A stretch of DNA of 64,000 nt from Phoronis australis (taxonomy: Eukaryota > Animalia > Phoronida). The DNA lies in the NCBI GenBank assembly GCA_002633005.1, contig NMRA01000052.1, forward strand, positions 795,235 to 859,234, in the 5' to 3' direction. The position numbers were made by a program, and so were the translations under genes. The notes beneath the pieces were generated by a model. It was not told where the DNA came from. It saw only the letters and a program-made list of their open reading frames with translations, and ran no database searches. Positions 1-13,000 of this stretch are shown piece by piece (the stretch's first letter is position 1; every line of letters begins with the position of its first letter).

Positions 1-614
1 AGGCACTCGAGGGTTCAAATTGGAAGCTCGCGCCGTATGACGTCGTATGACGTAGACGATGCGAGCCTCATTTGCATATATTAGTGACATCTGTTGGTTC
101 AAAAAAGAGGATCGTGCCCGAGTACATGCCTGGGAAGAGGCATCTTTTGGAAGGGTAAAACAAGTCATGTTCAAAGCATCCCAGTGCCATTAATATGAAA
201 TCTTTGGGGACAAAAGTGGTGTCATTTTATAGCTAAAGAGTTAAGCTTTCAAACACAATGCTTGGATTCCAGACTACTTTAACATTTACTTTTGAAATCA
301 CCTTTGAAAATACGTTAAAATGCGCTAAAACAGTTGTCGCTTCCTGGTTATCTCTTCCTGATAGTATTCAATGCAAAACTGACCTACTGCTTTTTCGCCA
401 ATGAACGTTTTCGTCGTTTTCGAACAATTAAATTCCAAGTTTATAAAAGATGAAACGATTACCTATAATCATTTATAGAAATGGCTCCTAGATGAGGTCA
501 GATTACTAAAAACCACTGCTTCTAAAGCAAAACATTTCCATGCTTTATTCCTTTTATTCAGTTCATATTTTCAAAAGTAACACAGTAGCTACTATAACCA
601 ATCGTGCTGCTCAC

Positions 615-3600
615 CAGTATGAGATTCGTCTGCAGAATTCAGAACTTCTCTTAGGAAGTTCACCTTCTTGATGACGTCATCATACTCTGGATAACCCTTC
701 CAATGCTCGAACGTATCCTCCACGACATCAAGAATTTTCAAAATCTTTTCCTTCTGGGTGTCTGCCAGTCGTCGAAAGGTTTCTAACTGTTAGAACAGAA
801 ATCCAGCATGGCCGTTGAGAATAGATAAGGAAGCAAGTAAACTGAAGTGAAGGAAAGATGAACAATTTGATTTTAATCTACAACTAGGGTAAACAAGAAG
901 AGCCATTTTCAGTGTTATGTTCTTTTATCTACATTACAAAACGTTGTACAAAATCATACAAGAGACAATTTGACTAAAAAGAGTCACCCATCATAAGGTA
1001 AAGGACACATCATGGTCGGTGCTTGATCATTCGTAATGCGTTCACAAAACAATTGCCGTCTTTACGCATACGCACCTCTTTATCGGTCCATTCTCGCAGA
1101 ATGGCGTGCATCAGCGCAAGCGCGTGCTTGCCCATACGTTTGATACTTCCTGTCCAAATAGCAAGGAACTGCAATCGCAACCTACGGGGAAATATTGTGG
1201 AATAAAAAAGTGACGTGAACTGGGGATAAATTACTCTGGAGATAATTTATTCGTAAAGAACACAACATGGTTGGAAAACGTAGAATCACCAAACTTTGCC
1301 CAGAATATGCTCTATTTTCTGAGTATTTTCAGTGAATTTTATGGATTTCAGTCGTGCAGAATATATCCACGTAGCCCAATTTTGAATTAAATGGGCTTGG
1401 CCAACATCAAGTCATTAAATTGGAATCCAAATTGATAGGGCTGTGTGGTTTCCTCGCCTGAACTCGTCGATGGTAGAAGCATGTCCATCGGTGATAGGTA
1501 CGCGCCCAGATGAATACTGAAAGAAGTTTAAGATTAGCGAATTTGGCGAGAGTCCGACCGACCAGCACAAACCTTGAAGTTGCTTCCCGTGCTTTATTAT
1601 CAGGGCCAGGTATGAGACAGATGATGGATGGCACGTTGGCGACCTCGTTCTTGCTGTTCTTGACCGTCCACAGCATGGGTTGGGTGTTGTCTAACAGCGT
1701 CAAATCTTCGTCTTGTCTTATTTGTATCTACAATTCATAATTGGTTAGTCTCGGGACGTCGGTTACTACTACAGAACATTCAACGTAGCTATAGCTATCT
1801 TTGATATTAGTCATATCAGACAATACAGTAAAAAGCGCGGGGAGATCTGAGAATTACACTAGTGGTGCTGGTGGCACTGATACAAACGGAAATCATGACA
1901 ACATGTTCTTAAACCACAATTGGAGCCGTATTCATGTACACGCACCACTCAATTAAGTAAAAAAATAGTTTAATTTATTAACCAAATTATTTATCAATCT
2001 TAACTGTGATTATAAACGTCGTCCCTTGTCTCCAATCGAGAATAGTAGAGAATTGAACAAACTGAGGTCCGAAGAAGAAACCATCATACAATATACCTTG
2101 CTTGACTGGTAGTCACATAACGCCCGTATTGGTCTGGGTTCCTTGCGCCCCTTCGCTCTCTCGTGCACTGGTAGGACGCGTTTGCTGCGTTCAAACAAGC
2201 GATCCGTTTTGTCTTGCCAGACTAAGTACAACGTGAGAAGAGCCTAAAACAGTAACAAACAGTTCAATGTTCATTTTTATCATATCATATTTGTCCAAAC
2301 GATATCGTTACCTATATTTCGTTGTTCGTAAACCGACATTCGGGAGTGTCGCAATTCACTGACGTATGTCTCCCGTAGGAATCTACTCCACGGTAGAGAA
2401 TCTACCGCCCTCGTGGATCACAAGAGCGTTTTTATGAACAGCGTTCTTTTCTCACAAACGCTATTATTTTCTCAAGAACTGTAACAACGTTCTCATGTGT
2501 CGCATTTCTAAGTTTACGAATACAGCAGGTCCAAAATTAGGTGCGCCGATTGGACCTCCACTTGATTGTCTCTATTACTTATTTAACTTGCCTGCAGTTC
2601 TTGCATAGTTTTGCTGACGTCCTGCCTGTCGCCCAAAAGCCCCTTTGTGCTGAAGGAGCGCGCCACCTCGTTCAGCTGCTGTTTCATCCAGTATTCCGAT
2701 TCCGACACTTCGTGAAAGAACTGCAAAAACACCCGCGCACGCGCTGTCCATAAATAGAGTAGAGTGCGAGCCATTTTGCTAGATACTGCATGGGACAGAT
2801 CTTTTGTTCAAACCTCAACAGGATCACAAATGTACAAATACATAAAGCGCAGAGGCTTAATCAAAATACGCGGATCTAATTACAAACTCTTCTGTTCGAT
2901 GGTATTATCAAACTTAAATTACTACAAATAATATTCTTCAAAAAATCCAGCTCACTCACAGCTCGAGTACCAAATGAATAACCTAAAGCCAATTACCTGT
3001 TGATATTCTGCAGCGTTCTCCATGTGAATCTGCACACACCTCACGGCGTCTGCTATCCAAGACCAAGAGTCCCTCAGCGCAAATATACAGTCCTGCAACA
3101 ACGTAATTTTAGAAGTTACGAACAACTTGACCGGAAGAGAAAAATGCAGCCCTTGTTTGGTGCCTGAGATTTGTAGGCTATGGCCCAGAAGAAGATCGTA
3201 ACGAATATACAATGTCGTAACACCCCCTTCTGGAAAAAAAAAACTTGAATGTAAGCTGCTTCACTTAGAAATATATACGAGTCTTCTGTATCGCGATGTC
3301 TTCTAGTTGCGTTTGTAATTCCTAAAAACATCAGAACGTGTACCCGCTGAAGGCGCTTATGCACGTGCCGTAAAAGGTTCTAGCTTATATTTCTAACAAA
3401 GTGCCTCAAAGTGTTCGTTATAAGTTGGTGCAGGCTCGTAGACAAGGAAGCGTACAGTGACTAATGAAGGGTGTTACGTAGATGACTAGCTTACATTAGA
3501 GAATCACGTGATCTAACTGGGCTTAGTGCGTCATCAGGGTGCGATGACGCTTGATGCATCGCCCCACAATTCCAAACAATGCCACTGGAGTCCAGTGGAC

Positions 3601-6600
3601 CCACCTTCCAACATTGTGATGTCGATTTCGTTGGGGTCAGTGATAACAGTCCAAAAATCCTTATAGATTATTACAGAACGACACACAAGGTATATTGGAA
3701 AATTGCTAGAGCCTGTTGATACTTACTTACTGGAAAATTATGAACAAATGTACAAGACATTTTTTTATTTTTGTTTCTTACAACTTTAAAACTGAAGATG
3801 CATCTTCTTAATTCTGTCAACTGACTGTAAATGCGATTAAATCTGGCGTGCGTTCAGTAACGCTAGGGCGGCCTACGCTAGCACCGAGCTAAAATCTAGC
3901 CACGGTCACGTGTTCTCATTTAAAATACACGGCAATAGCTCACGTTATCTCGCGAAGTCTTGCTTTTTAGCGAAGTCCTTGAGTTACTGAAGGTTGGAGG
4001 GAGGTTGGAGACACGACGAGGTGATTAATGGAAAAAATTCCCTGTTCTGCAATTTAATTGATATTTGTTTAGCAGAGGCGTGTCTCTGTTCACCAGAAGT
4101 AATCAGAGACGATCACGTGTATGTCCAAACCATAGCAAACCCTTTCACAGTAGACTCATTATCGCAGACCTGCCAAACGCTTACCTGTGCAGTCCTGGCT
4201 TCCAGTCTTGCTGTTGGATGCGTATTGACCGTGTCGTCATGAGTTTGAACCAAGTTAATACACGTCGTGTCGATATCCAAGCTAAGCGACTAAAAATAAA
4301 TTTGAAAAAACGTCACGAAACAAGGCCACAACACTTCAACCGTCTCACAGATACTGAATTTATATCCTATGAAATACTTTCTTTGACATCTGAGCCATTG
4401 ACTTGTGTGGCGCTGCCTGTAGTGCTCAACACAGGCCTACGTTCTAGGGCCTGTTCACTAAACGGTAAGGATATGTGAGTTAAGTTCGGCGATATTTCTC
4501 AAGCTTATCCAAACGAAATAGCAACCACAATGGGAAGTTTTCGTACCATTTACTTTCGTAATGCAACACTTAATGGAGGCCATTCACCAGTGTCAGTTTG
4601 AAAAGACCTTGTGCTTACTTCCGAGATCTTGCTTTACACTAGCGAGATCTCGCGTGTTAGTGATGTCGCCGCTAACGAGTCCTAGCGAAAGTGGTGAGTT
4701 TCGAGATGGCTGCTCAGTTTTGTCAACACAAAGTTAACGCCCTACTAGCTACCTGTTGAAGTTCTAAACGTTAATGTAAAAAAACGCGATCATCTTTCTC
4801 TTTCAAATGTATATCAATTATTACGTAAAAATTGAAAAAGAAAAACATTACTTTTGACAGCATTTAAACAAAGCTTAAAAGGGGACTGTAGTCAAAATAA
4901 TGTTGCAGTTAATCGGTTCTAACATACAAATAAAACTCACATTTGCCCGACTTGCGTGCCAAACAAAAGCCAATTCGTATTCATGGTCAAAACACTGAAT
5001 TCTGAAAGCGATCGCTGATTGGCTGATGTGTCAGTGACGTGAACGGCGGGGTATCGGCTGCTTTGCACATTCATTGCTTATGTCATATTTGAAGAGTTTA
5101 CATCGTAATTTATCATTGTATCAATCGTCCTTATTTTTTTATTGTTTGCCACAGTGCTGTAAAAGGTTCGCTATGCCTTTTTGTATGGCACCTGGTTGCT
5201 CAAACTCTTCGAAAAAGGCGTCTTCTAAAGGGATGGTCATCGCATACCATCGCCGGGTTACCCAAGCCTTGGCCCAAAGCTCAGTGTATACTAGATATAG
5301 GCCTACAGGTTTAAGCCGATATGGGTAAAAAATGTACAAATAAAATCTGACTCAAATAAATGTCATTAAAACTAAGTCATCCTTGAGTAAACCTAGGAAA
5401 CAGGTTCCTAGAGTAAACTAACTTCTGTATTTACCGGTGTTGGAAATGTTAGCGATCGTTCATCGGCTTGTGCTAGTAAAATTGTGATGTGTTTTCTTGA
5501 GTCGGCTTTTTGCGATTACGTCACCTGACCTTTACCAGTTTCTTTTCCCCCTGATTCTTTTATCATGTGTTCGTCGCTGACGGTACCTAGATTGCGTACA
5601 TGTTATAACAAATTATCGGAGCTTGTTTCATTTTGTTTCAAGTTTTTAGTATTTTTACACCAGCAAACCGAATTTTAGAACAACCTTGGTGCTGCGAAGC
5701 TGTTATGATGTCCCGAAAGACGTCTCAAATTTTTATGAAATGGCGCGTGCGCCGTGTCACGAGCGTGCTGTTCTTGAAACGGACAACACACTTCTTTGTT
5801 AAAAAGGCGGCAAATTATGCTACCAAAGGACGTTTATTTGATTGTTTTCCACTTAAACGGCTGCAACGAACAATGGAAGTGTCGGGTGACTATATCAGAT
5901 TTTGCATGCGCCCCCGCCGGTCCGTTAGCTTTATATGTTGATGTAGCCTAAGTTTTACGACGAGGTGACGAGCATAACTGAGTCAACTATACCCGGGTAG
6001 TCAACGGCTGTCTGAAATTTCGGGGTTAACGGAGCTCAACACACAGTGGTACGATAGTCTTCATACAGGTACAGTCGGTAACTTACCAACCCTTCAAGTT
6101 TACAGAGCTGCCGGAGTATTGGCTGACAACTGGCTGACTGGATGGCTAGAGTCCACATTGCCCTCGGCACAGTCACTGACACCAGTTACACCGGCAAATT
6201 TTCGTCTGACGATGACGATGACTAGGTATCACTTTGTGTTGCCTCGGCTCAAACAGGTATCCCTTGTGACCCGAAATTTCACACTAAAATTTCTTATTCC
6301 GACAATATAAAAAACGCTACTTGATTGCACGCTAACACAGGACAGTGACTTTGCCCCCGCCAAATACGTCACGAGACTAAGCAGCGCTCCAAGCCGGTAA
6401 TTTTTTGAGCTTCGTTAGAGAACATAAGTTTAATTTTTGGTGTTGAATTATTTGTGAAATTAATCAACAATTCATAGAAAACTATCCAGAATTTATTCAG
6501 AATAAAATACAGTTCCCTTTTAAATACACGGTTGAAATTGTTTGAAAATTTCTTAAACGATCGAAAAGTCTGGCTGGAATTGATTGAACCACCTTAAATG

Positions 6601-7503
6601 CAAGCCATTTGGATGTACGTTTATAACTGTTCTTTCTCATTTCTCCTCGCAATACTTACTTCTAAAGACTGCTGGAGTGTGACCACTTTGGCGATGGTTT
6701 CGAAACATTCCCCTTTCTTGGCAGCCAGATCCTTAAAGGGTAAATTTTGTTTTCATCAAAGTAAAAATAAACATCTTTTGTAATTATCATTAATCTAAGA
6801 GACAAAAATTTTGATTTCAAACCTCGTTGCATAGTTTATAATTAAACAAGTTAGTTGTATCATACAGTAAAAATTATTATCAACAACAAAAGCTATCAAC
6901 ACCCGGCTTTCAAGTACAGGTCTACGATGGAACAAACAGTTTGAAAAATTACTACATGTCCTCCCGCAAAGAAAAAAATATTAATATGAACCACCGATAA
7001 GCGAATCTAATACAAGTTTCATGGAAGACCCAACTTGCATCCCCAAGGAACATTTAACTGAAGTCTTTTCATTCATGGAATATTTCAGTATTATTTCTTG
7101 AACACCAATGAATGACTGGCAGTCAGAGAAGAAGGGAGGTACTCCTTAATGCCACCCACCAGCCTTCCCCACATTTTCTGCGTGAAAAACACAAATACTT
7201 CCTCGATTATATTGGTTAGGATTGGTTCGTATTTAGTGCCTAACAGTTCTAGCTCACCAAACTCACCAGTGTCGTCTGATAAGAGTCCCTTAGCTTGATG
7301 ACATCATAGCCGCGATTGGGGTCGGAAACGGCGACTGACTGTTCCAGCCTACGCCTGTAACCTTGGACCGCGCCGTGCAGTGCCTTGTGTGCATCGTATT
7401 GGTTTATGACAGACTGTAGGTTGTTCCCGTATTTGTTACTCTCAAGTTCTGTCTGCTTCTCGTTTACCCATTGTTGACTCTCTGTTAAAGGGTCCATGGC
7501 TGA
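615..7503 (-). CDS. Plakin-family cytolinker (plectin/desmoplakin/envoplakin-like plakin domain with SH3); 5' part, gene continues past the left edge
   Basis: Phase-compatible exons: 7503-7267, 6731-6660, 4289-4185, 3092-2997, 2720-2592, 2243-2097, 1727-1573, 1181-1076, 786-615. Joined translation includes QQWVNEKQTELESNKYGNNLQSV...HKALH, LRDSWSWIADAVRCVQIHMENAAEYQQFFHEV and RPIRALCDYQSSKIQIRQDEDLTLLDNTQPMLWTVKNSKNEVANVPSIICLIPGPD. These match the plakin spectrin-repeat and SH3 pattern recalled from plectin ([35 protein letters not shown]...VPSVCFLVPPP). Candidate start gccATGg at 7497-7495. Confidence 0.9.
3852..3992. mobile_element. ~140-bp MITE, copy 1
   Basis: Terminal inverted repeat ttcagtaac...gttactgaa; internal sequence shared with 21371-21509. 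Confidence 0.75.
4879..6519 (+). mobile_element. Non-autonomous Kolobok-type DNA transposon with THAP remnant, in a plakin intron
   Basis: TTAA on both sides (4875-4878, 6520-6523); TIRs aaggggactgta / tacagttccctt; degenerate THAP N-terminus MPFCMAPGCSNSSKK...AYHR from 5173. Confidence 0.75.
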
Positions 7504-8422
7504 CTGAAAATGTACACATTTACGTAAATTATAAAATGCGAACACTTTTATGGTGAGCCCCTGTTTCTTGATGAATTGACCTTTCATAGTGGAAACGTCT
7601 GGTTATAGCTGACGTCACGATGTTAATTTGTACAGATTATACAACAGAAATATGTTTAATGTCGCTTTCCATTGAAAACGTTACTCCCTATTTTGCAGAA
7701 TTTCGATCAGTGGGAAAATTGAACAGCCATTGCAACCCGTCTGAAATTGCTCAACTCTCCTGTAGTGGGAAAAGTGAACTGCAGTCCGTTATGTTTCAGC
7801 GCTAGAGGTCGTGACATGCAACAAAGGTAGGATATTCAATCGAGGGTGGGAATCCACTGCGACCAATATACAAATACGGTTGACACCGTACTCTGACAAA
7901 TGTGATTTTAATTCAGAATGAGCAAATATGAAAGACGTCTTTACTCTATCCGTGTTTTAAAATCAGCTGTTTCTAACGAGCGTTTCTAACAGTGCCGCCC
8001 ACAGTGCCAGCACTAGTTGATCCCGGGTACGAATTAATTATTTGAGATTATGATATGATTTAGATAGGTTATCAAGCCATGAAATAGCCTGAGTACTTCA
8101 GAATAAATAAATCGCAATATTGGCTGCTACTACGGTATTCACGGTTTCAATTTTCCTTGAAGTTACAATTACTTCATCGAGATTCGAGCCCGGTTTCTCT
8201 CACCACTGCACTACCGACACGTCACCGAAATCGAGAGTAATAAGCATTTCATTCCATCTGGAATAATCCTGAACACAACGTAGAACCACACTATATACCA
8301 CCAAAATTTAATCAAGATTCGACTCAAAAATTGACGAATCGCGTGCGGCGCTTCGAATTTTTTCCAACTTTATTCGATATGATTGGTCAATTTCAAATCT
8401 CGAGTAAAGTTTGGTGGTCAAG

Positions 8423-8473
8423 GTGCCAGATGTGCACAGGCCGCTAAGGTGGGCCAATTGCACTGATCACCAG
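8423..8473 (-). mobile_element. Fragment of the SINE family seen at 62361-62597
   Basis: gtgccagatgtgcacaggccgctaaggtgggccaattgcactgatcacc closely matches ~62394-62443. Confidence 0.6.
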
Positions 8474-8792
8474 ATCGTCTTCTGAAGTTAGTTATCCTGG
8501 AAATTGTCTTTGACCAAGAGTTTAAAATCCGCACGTTCTTTTTTTAAATTTTATTACGCTTCTCAGATTTTTATATTTTTTCAGGGAACCACGTACATCT
8601 GCATTCCTATTTCATTGAAAAGAGCTTTTATCCAGAATTTTCGACATAGTGTCATTAAAACAACATCGACAAGATTGGAAGCCTCGTATTGGCAACAAAT
8701 TGAAAACCTAATCACTATCATTATTATGTCAGTAATGACGTGCTTTGTAATTACGAGTGATAAATCAATTTTCCAGACAGAAAAAATACGTA

Positions 8793-8977
8793 CCGTATTA
8801 CCCGGAATAAAGGGAGACGGAGAGAGGGGGGAGAGATGGGGAGGGGGGGAGGGGTGAGCGGGAGAGGAAGAGACAGAGACCGTGGCCTAATATTCTAAGT
8901 CATTTCCGCTTTTAAATGATCTCAAAAACACATTATTTATCCCATGAGGCCATGGTATTATATTCCGGGTAATACGA
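8793..8977. mobile_element. pogo/Tc1-type MITE (CCGTA ends, TA flanks)
   Basis: ta|ccgtattacccggaata ... tattccgggtaatacga|ta; related TIRs at 54831-55163. Confidence 0.7.
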
Positions 8978-9766
8978 TATCTGTAACTCAAAATATATCA
9001 CGTCTACAGCGGCGAACCTCATCTGCTCAGAAACAGACGAGGTAGATAATGAAGCGCCTAGTTGACGGTAACATTCACGCGCAGATTATTAGGCCAACCG
9101 AAAAAATGTACAGACTTCCCGTTTTGATCCTAACTACAAGTGTCCACCAGAGACGATGGAGAGGTTAACGTCTTTAGTATCCTCAAATGATTCATGACTA
9201 CGTGAAAAATATGCTGCCTTCATTGGCAAACACTGACGATACACACTCAGTGTAGCACAATGCATGCTCCAGCACTGTTTTTGATTCGTATGGCGGTCGG
9301 AATTGAATAAACAAACTACGTAGCTAACGAATAAATTTTCTTTGCATTAATCTATAAAAATTTGGTGGAACTCCAAATCTCGGCAAGTTTGCCGTGTGCC
9401 CGATGCAAACATTTTTCCTAGCAAAAATTGATTGAAAAATGCACAGGAGAGTTTCCACTAATTTTCACACCATGGGAACGTCACTTCTGTAACATAGATC
9501 TCGACGCTCTTTCAGGTGTCATATTTTCAAAAAGAAAAGCCTCACATAGGAAAAACAACGAACCGCAAGATACAAAAAATAATCAACGTTGATTTCTGTC
9601 GAAAGTTGCCAAAGTGTTTCTGTTTGTTTTCACAGTTATTTGCCCATAGCCTAATCTCAGTTTATTGTCGTTTCAATGTGAGGACATCACAAAATTAACA
9701 TTTCTTCGAGTTCGTAATGTTTAGGGAGACCTTTTCTTAATATTGTTTCACAATAGTACAAACTAC

Positions 9767-10008
9767 CTCGTTGAATCTTTCTAGCGCGAGGCGTGAGAGA
9801 ATAATCTCATTTTCTTTTATAACTCCGAGTATGTTAATATGACTTTTGTTTGTAACCAAGGAGATTCTAACAGAAAGAAACGGACCCATTATTCGCAATG
9901 CCCAAATAGAAATGCGCTGTACAGGAGAACACAGGGCTTCGTAAGCTCTTAGTTCAGGGCAGTTCATCTAAACGCCCACTCAAGTCAGTAGCAAGTCAGG
10001 ATATTCAC
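9767..10008 (-). CDS. Possible upstream exon of the plakin gene (ATG at 9967, 67 codons, or 5' UTR)
   Basis: Strong acceptor tttctttcag and donor GAG|gtagtt. Open frame MNCPELRAY...LERFNE ends in phase 0, compatible with exon 7503-7267. No recognisable homology. Confidence 0.4.
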
Positions 10009-13000
10009 CTGAAAGAAAGCAATTCGCAATAAAAACATGACCTCTTGTATCGGTGTCATTTTTAATATATTTTATCGCGGCGGCATTCCGCCACGCTATT
10101 CACCGTTCGGACATCAAGTAAATGGAAACCGACGAACTCAGGTCATCGATGAGGCTGTGTATATGAAGTACAATGCGCGATCTATCGCGATATATGATGT
10201 GCACGACGCGTTTAACTGGGTGTGTAGCACGTCAGTTTTGGATAGTGCATATTTTTACGTTTCGCCTCGCCTGTTTAGAATGACGAATTACGGGGAAATC
10301 ACCCTGATTTTTGCCTTGCAGTTCGTGTCCAGGGATGACGTAGCTTCGTTTTTCAAGGTCGTCTTACACTGTTGTCAATGCCCAATTTCAAAACTTCCCG
10401 TAGTGGAGCTCGTGATTTTTTTAGAGTGGTTTTACAAGTCATCTCAAATTTGGGGATGTACGTTGTAGTCAGTCTCAGTAAAGCGCACTCAATATGGCCA
10501 ATTTTTGCTCAATATAAATTGAATAATTCTTATTCAGAGTTACTCAGTTTATATTACTAACGCGCTATACTTGAATAGCTTTTATTATGACAAGCAATTC
10601 ACACAACGTGTCAAGAACGCCACAGGCGTTAACACTTCACAGTCGGATCAGCTAAAGGGTACACTAACACGAACTTGTTGTTTCAGCCAGTAAAACCGCA
10701 ACACACAGCGAAGATGCAAATAGAATTCATGGATTATGTGACCTCGAGCTCTTGGTCTAACTTCTATTTTAAAAGAATCATATGCTATCTCGGTCTGCCT
10801 ATCGACTTCAAAAAATATTTGACAAAGCCTCTGACTAAGATGTAATCAATACAAGTCTCTTACGGTTTTGATTTCCTTTATGCACAGGTGATACTCACTT
10901 GTTGCACCGCTCTGTCTTCACACACAAAACGCTGCGACTTTCACTACTACCGGTATGTTAAATCAGTGAGAAATCGTGTCACCTTGCGTGACATTGGTCT
11001 ACCTTTGTAAATGAGACACCAGGGCGTATAGGGTCACACCGGCCGTATCTTGACTGATAAGTGATTAAAAAGTAAACTTTAGAGCATATCTAAAGGACTC
11101 ATATATGGTGTGATTAGCGATTAAAAAGTCTCGGTTTATGTGAAATTTTTATAATTGACATGAGTGATTGCAGTGCAAAGTAAACAGGTTTCGACCATAG
11201 GGATTACGAAGATCATACATACATGTTTTGATAATGGACTTCTACAATATGTCATATAAGCCAATGGTTCCGAAGACTATAAGCAATTTGTAAAATATGG
11301 AAATATCGTCAGTAAAATTTATTTTACTGTTTTCGGAAACAATGCTATTTTGCAGACGACTTAAATGAGAACCAAAGACCGTGTACAGAAAAAGGTCATA
11401 TACTCTATCCACCGAAACTAATAAAGGGAAGAAATGCATGTCCGCGACAGAATTAAGAAGTTTGAACCGTTAAATTCCACGAAGGTCAACAATGCTGGAA
11501 AGATGCATAAAATAACGAAACAATAGCCGTTTCGACTGATTGACTCTCAAATAATCACGTTTCCTTCGTTCACATGAAAAGCTTTTGTTGTGAGAGGCCC
11601 GGCATTGCCTGAAAACAGTTGTCCACAGCAAATGCACAGTTGTATATCGCTGCTATAGAATTCTATTGATCGTAATATTTTTCATTGTTGAAAGTTAGCT
11701 TGCTGTTCCTGAATTCATTGATAAACATGTAATGCCATGGTCTTAATATATTTCGACTGACATGGAAGAATTTCAAACAATTCGTTTAATAACTTGCTTA
11801 AACCAGTTAGCAGTGTTGCCAACATGTAACAGTGTGTATGCAGATGTCAGCAGATGTTCGCCATTGAATCCATTTGGACTGCTAATCGAGTAACAGTGCT
11901 TAAAAAATCCACCACAAAAACATTGAGTTCCATTGCGTGTTGCTTTGGACATGGCGTGCGTTCCCGTAGACGAGAGTACCTCGCGAGATCGCAGGATCAA
12001 GCAAAGACTTCGCGAGACATCGCTTGTATTACAAGCGCAGCAATGGTCACACTTATTCGCGAGATTGTTGCGTATACAGAACCCTGCCCACAGTTGCGAG
12101 CAATAATCGCCATGAGGTTTCAAAGAGCAAATTTTATACATGTAATACGGGCTCCATGCTTTTGTGATAAGCCTACCGTGCTACCAAGAGACATCTCGCC
12201 GCGTAATTGGCGTTTCCAGTTCCATGTTCGAGTTCAACTTAGGCCTATCGTACTAACAAATTCATTTCCAGATCAGCAGCCTCCGTCATAGCTAAAAAGG
12301 CCACGTCCCTTCAGGGCCATTTCGCTTGTCAGATTGCAACAGGCTAGGTAAAATTCGAGGAATGAAGCCGCGTACGTTGTACACGATTTTGCACTGTTTT
12401 GGTAAAGGATCCGGACGGAAAACCGCCAAACGGAGTGAGTAAACTTCGTCTGAATGGAGCCATCGTGGACTAGTGGCAACTCTACAGATACAACTGCTAT
12501 GAATCACTGACTTTAGGATGTGACATGCACACAGTGTTAGAGTAGTGTCTGCCTATCAATAGTGCGTTTTTAATTACATAAACGAACTGGGTTATTTCAT
12601 TGACCTACCCCGGTGAGCTTGGTTCAGATAGTGGACGAAACGTGATTTTGAATTTTCTAAAACAGTATTCACTGTGGGAAGGTCAAAAGCCCCCCAAAAG
12701 AGCCGCTAGTGCCTCTTTTCCTACAAAATATACAGAACGGATTTTATTAAACTTTTGAAATAAACACCCACATTTCTGACAACATACCCCAGGCTGAATT
12801 CACAGTTGCCCAAGACTGACTCCCAGAAAAGAATTAGTTTTGCGGAATTAGCTCTTACCATGGTGTTCTGGAACGAAACTCTATGAAAAGGTGACTTTTT
12901 GATAGAAGCCTCCTACAAATGGGTCTCTTTGAGTCAGCTCTCAAAATGGGTAGTGTCCAGCTGCGCCCCTCGAGCGCCACAAATGGCGGAGTACCTAGCT

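Noticed and set aside
1-500. Possible DNA transposon remnant in the plakin intron
   Set aside because: Looks TE-like, but no termini, second copy or coding signal are visible in the window.
6087-6221. Apparent minus-strand exon with a gtaagt donor
   Set aside because: Stops in all three frames and lies inside the Kolobok-type element; the plakin frame is complete without it.
10037-10468. 143-aa ORF
   Set aside because: No recognisable motif or splice context; antisense within the plakin 5' region.
11854-12291. 145-aa ORF and overlapping antisense ORFs
   Set aside because: No domain signal; consistent with chance ORFs in repeat-derived DNA.
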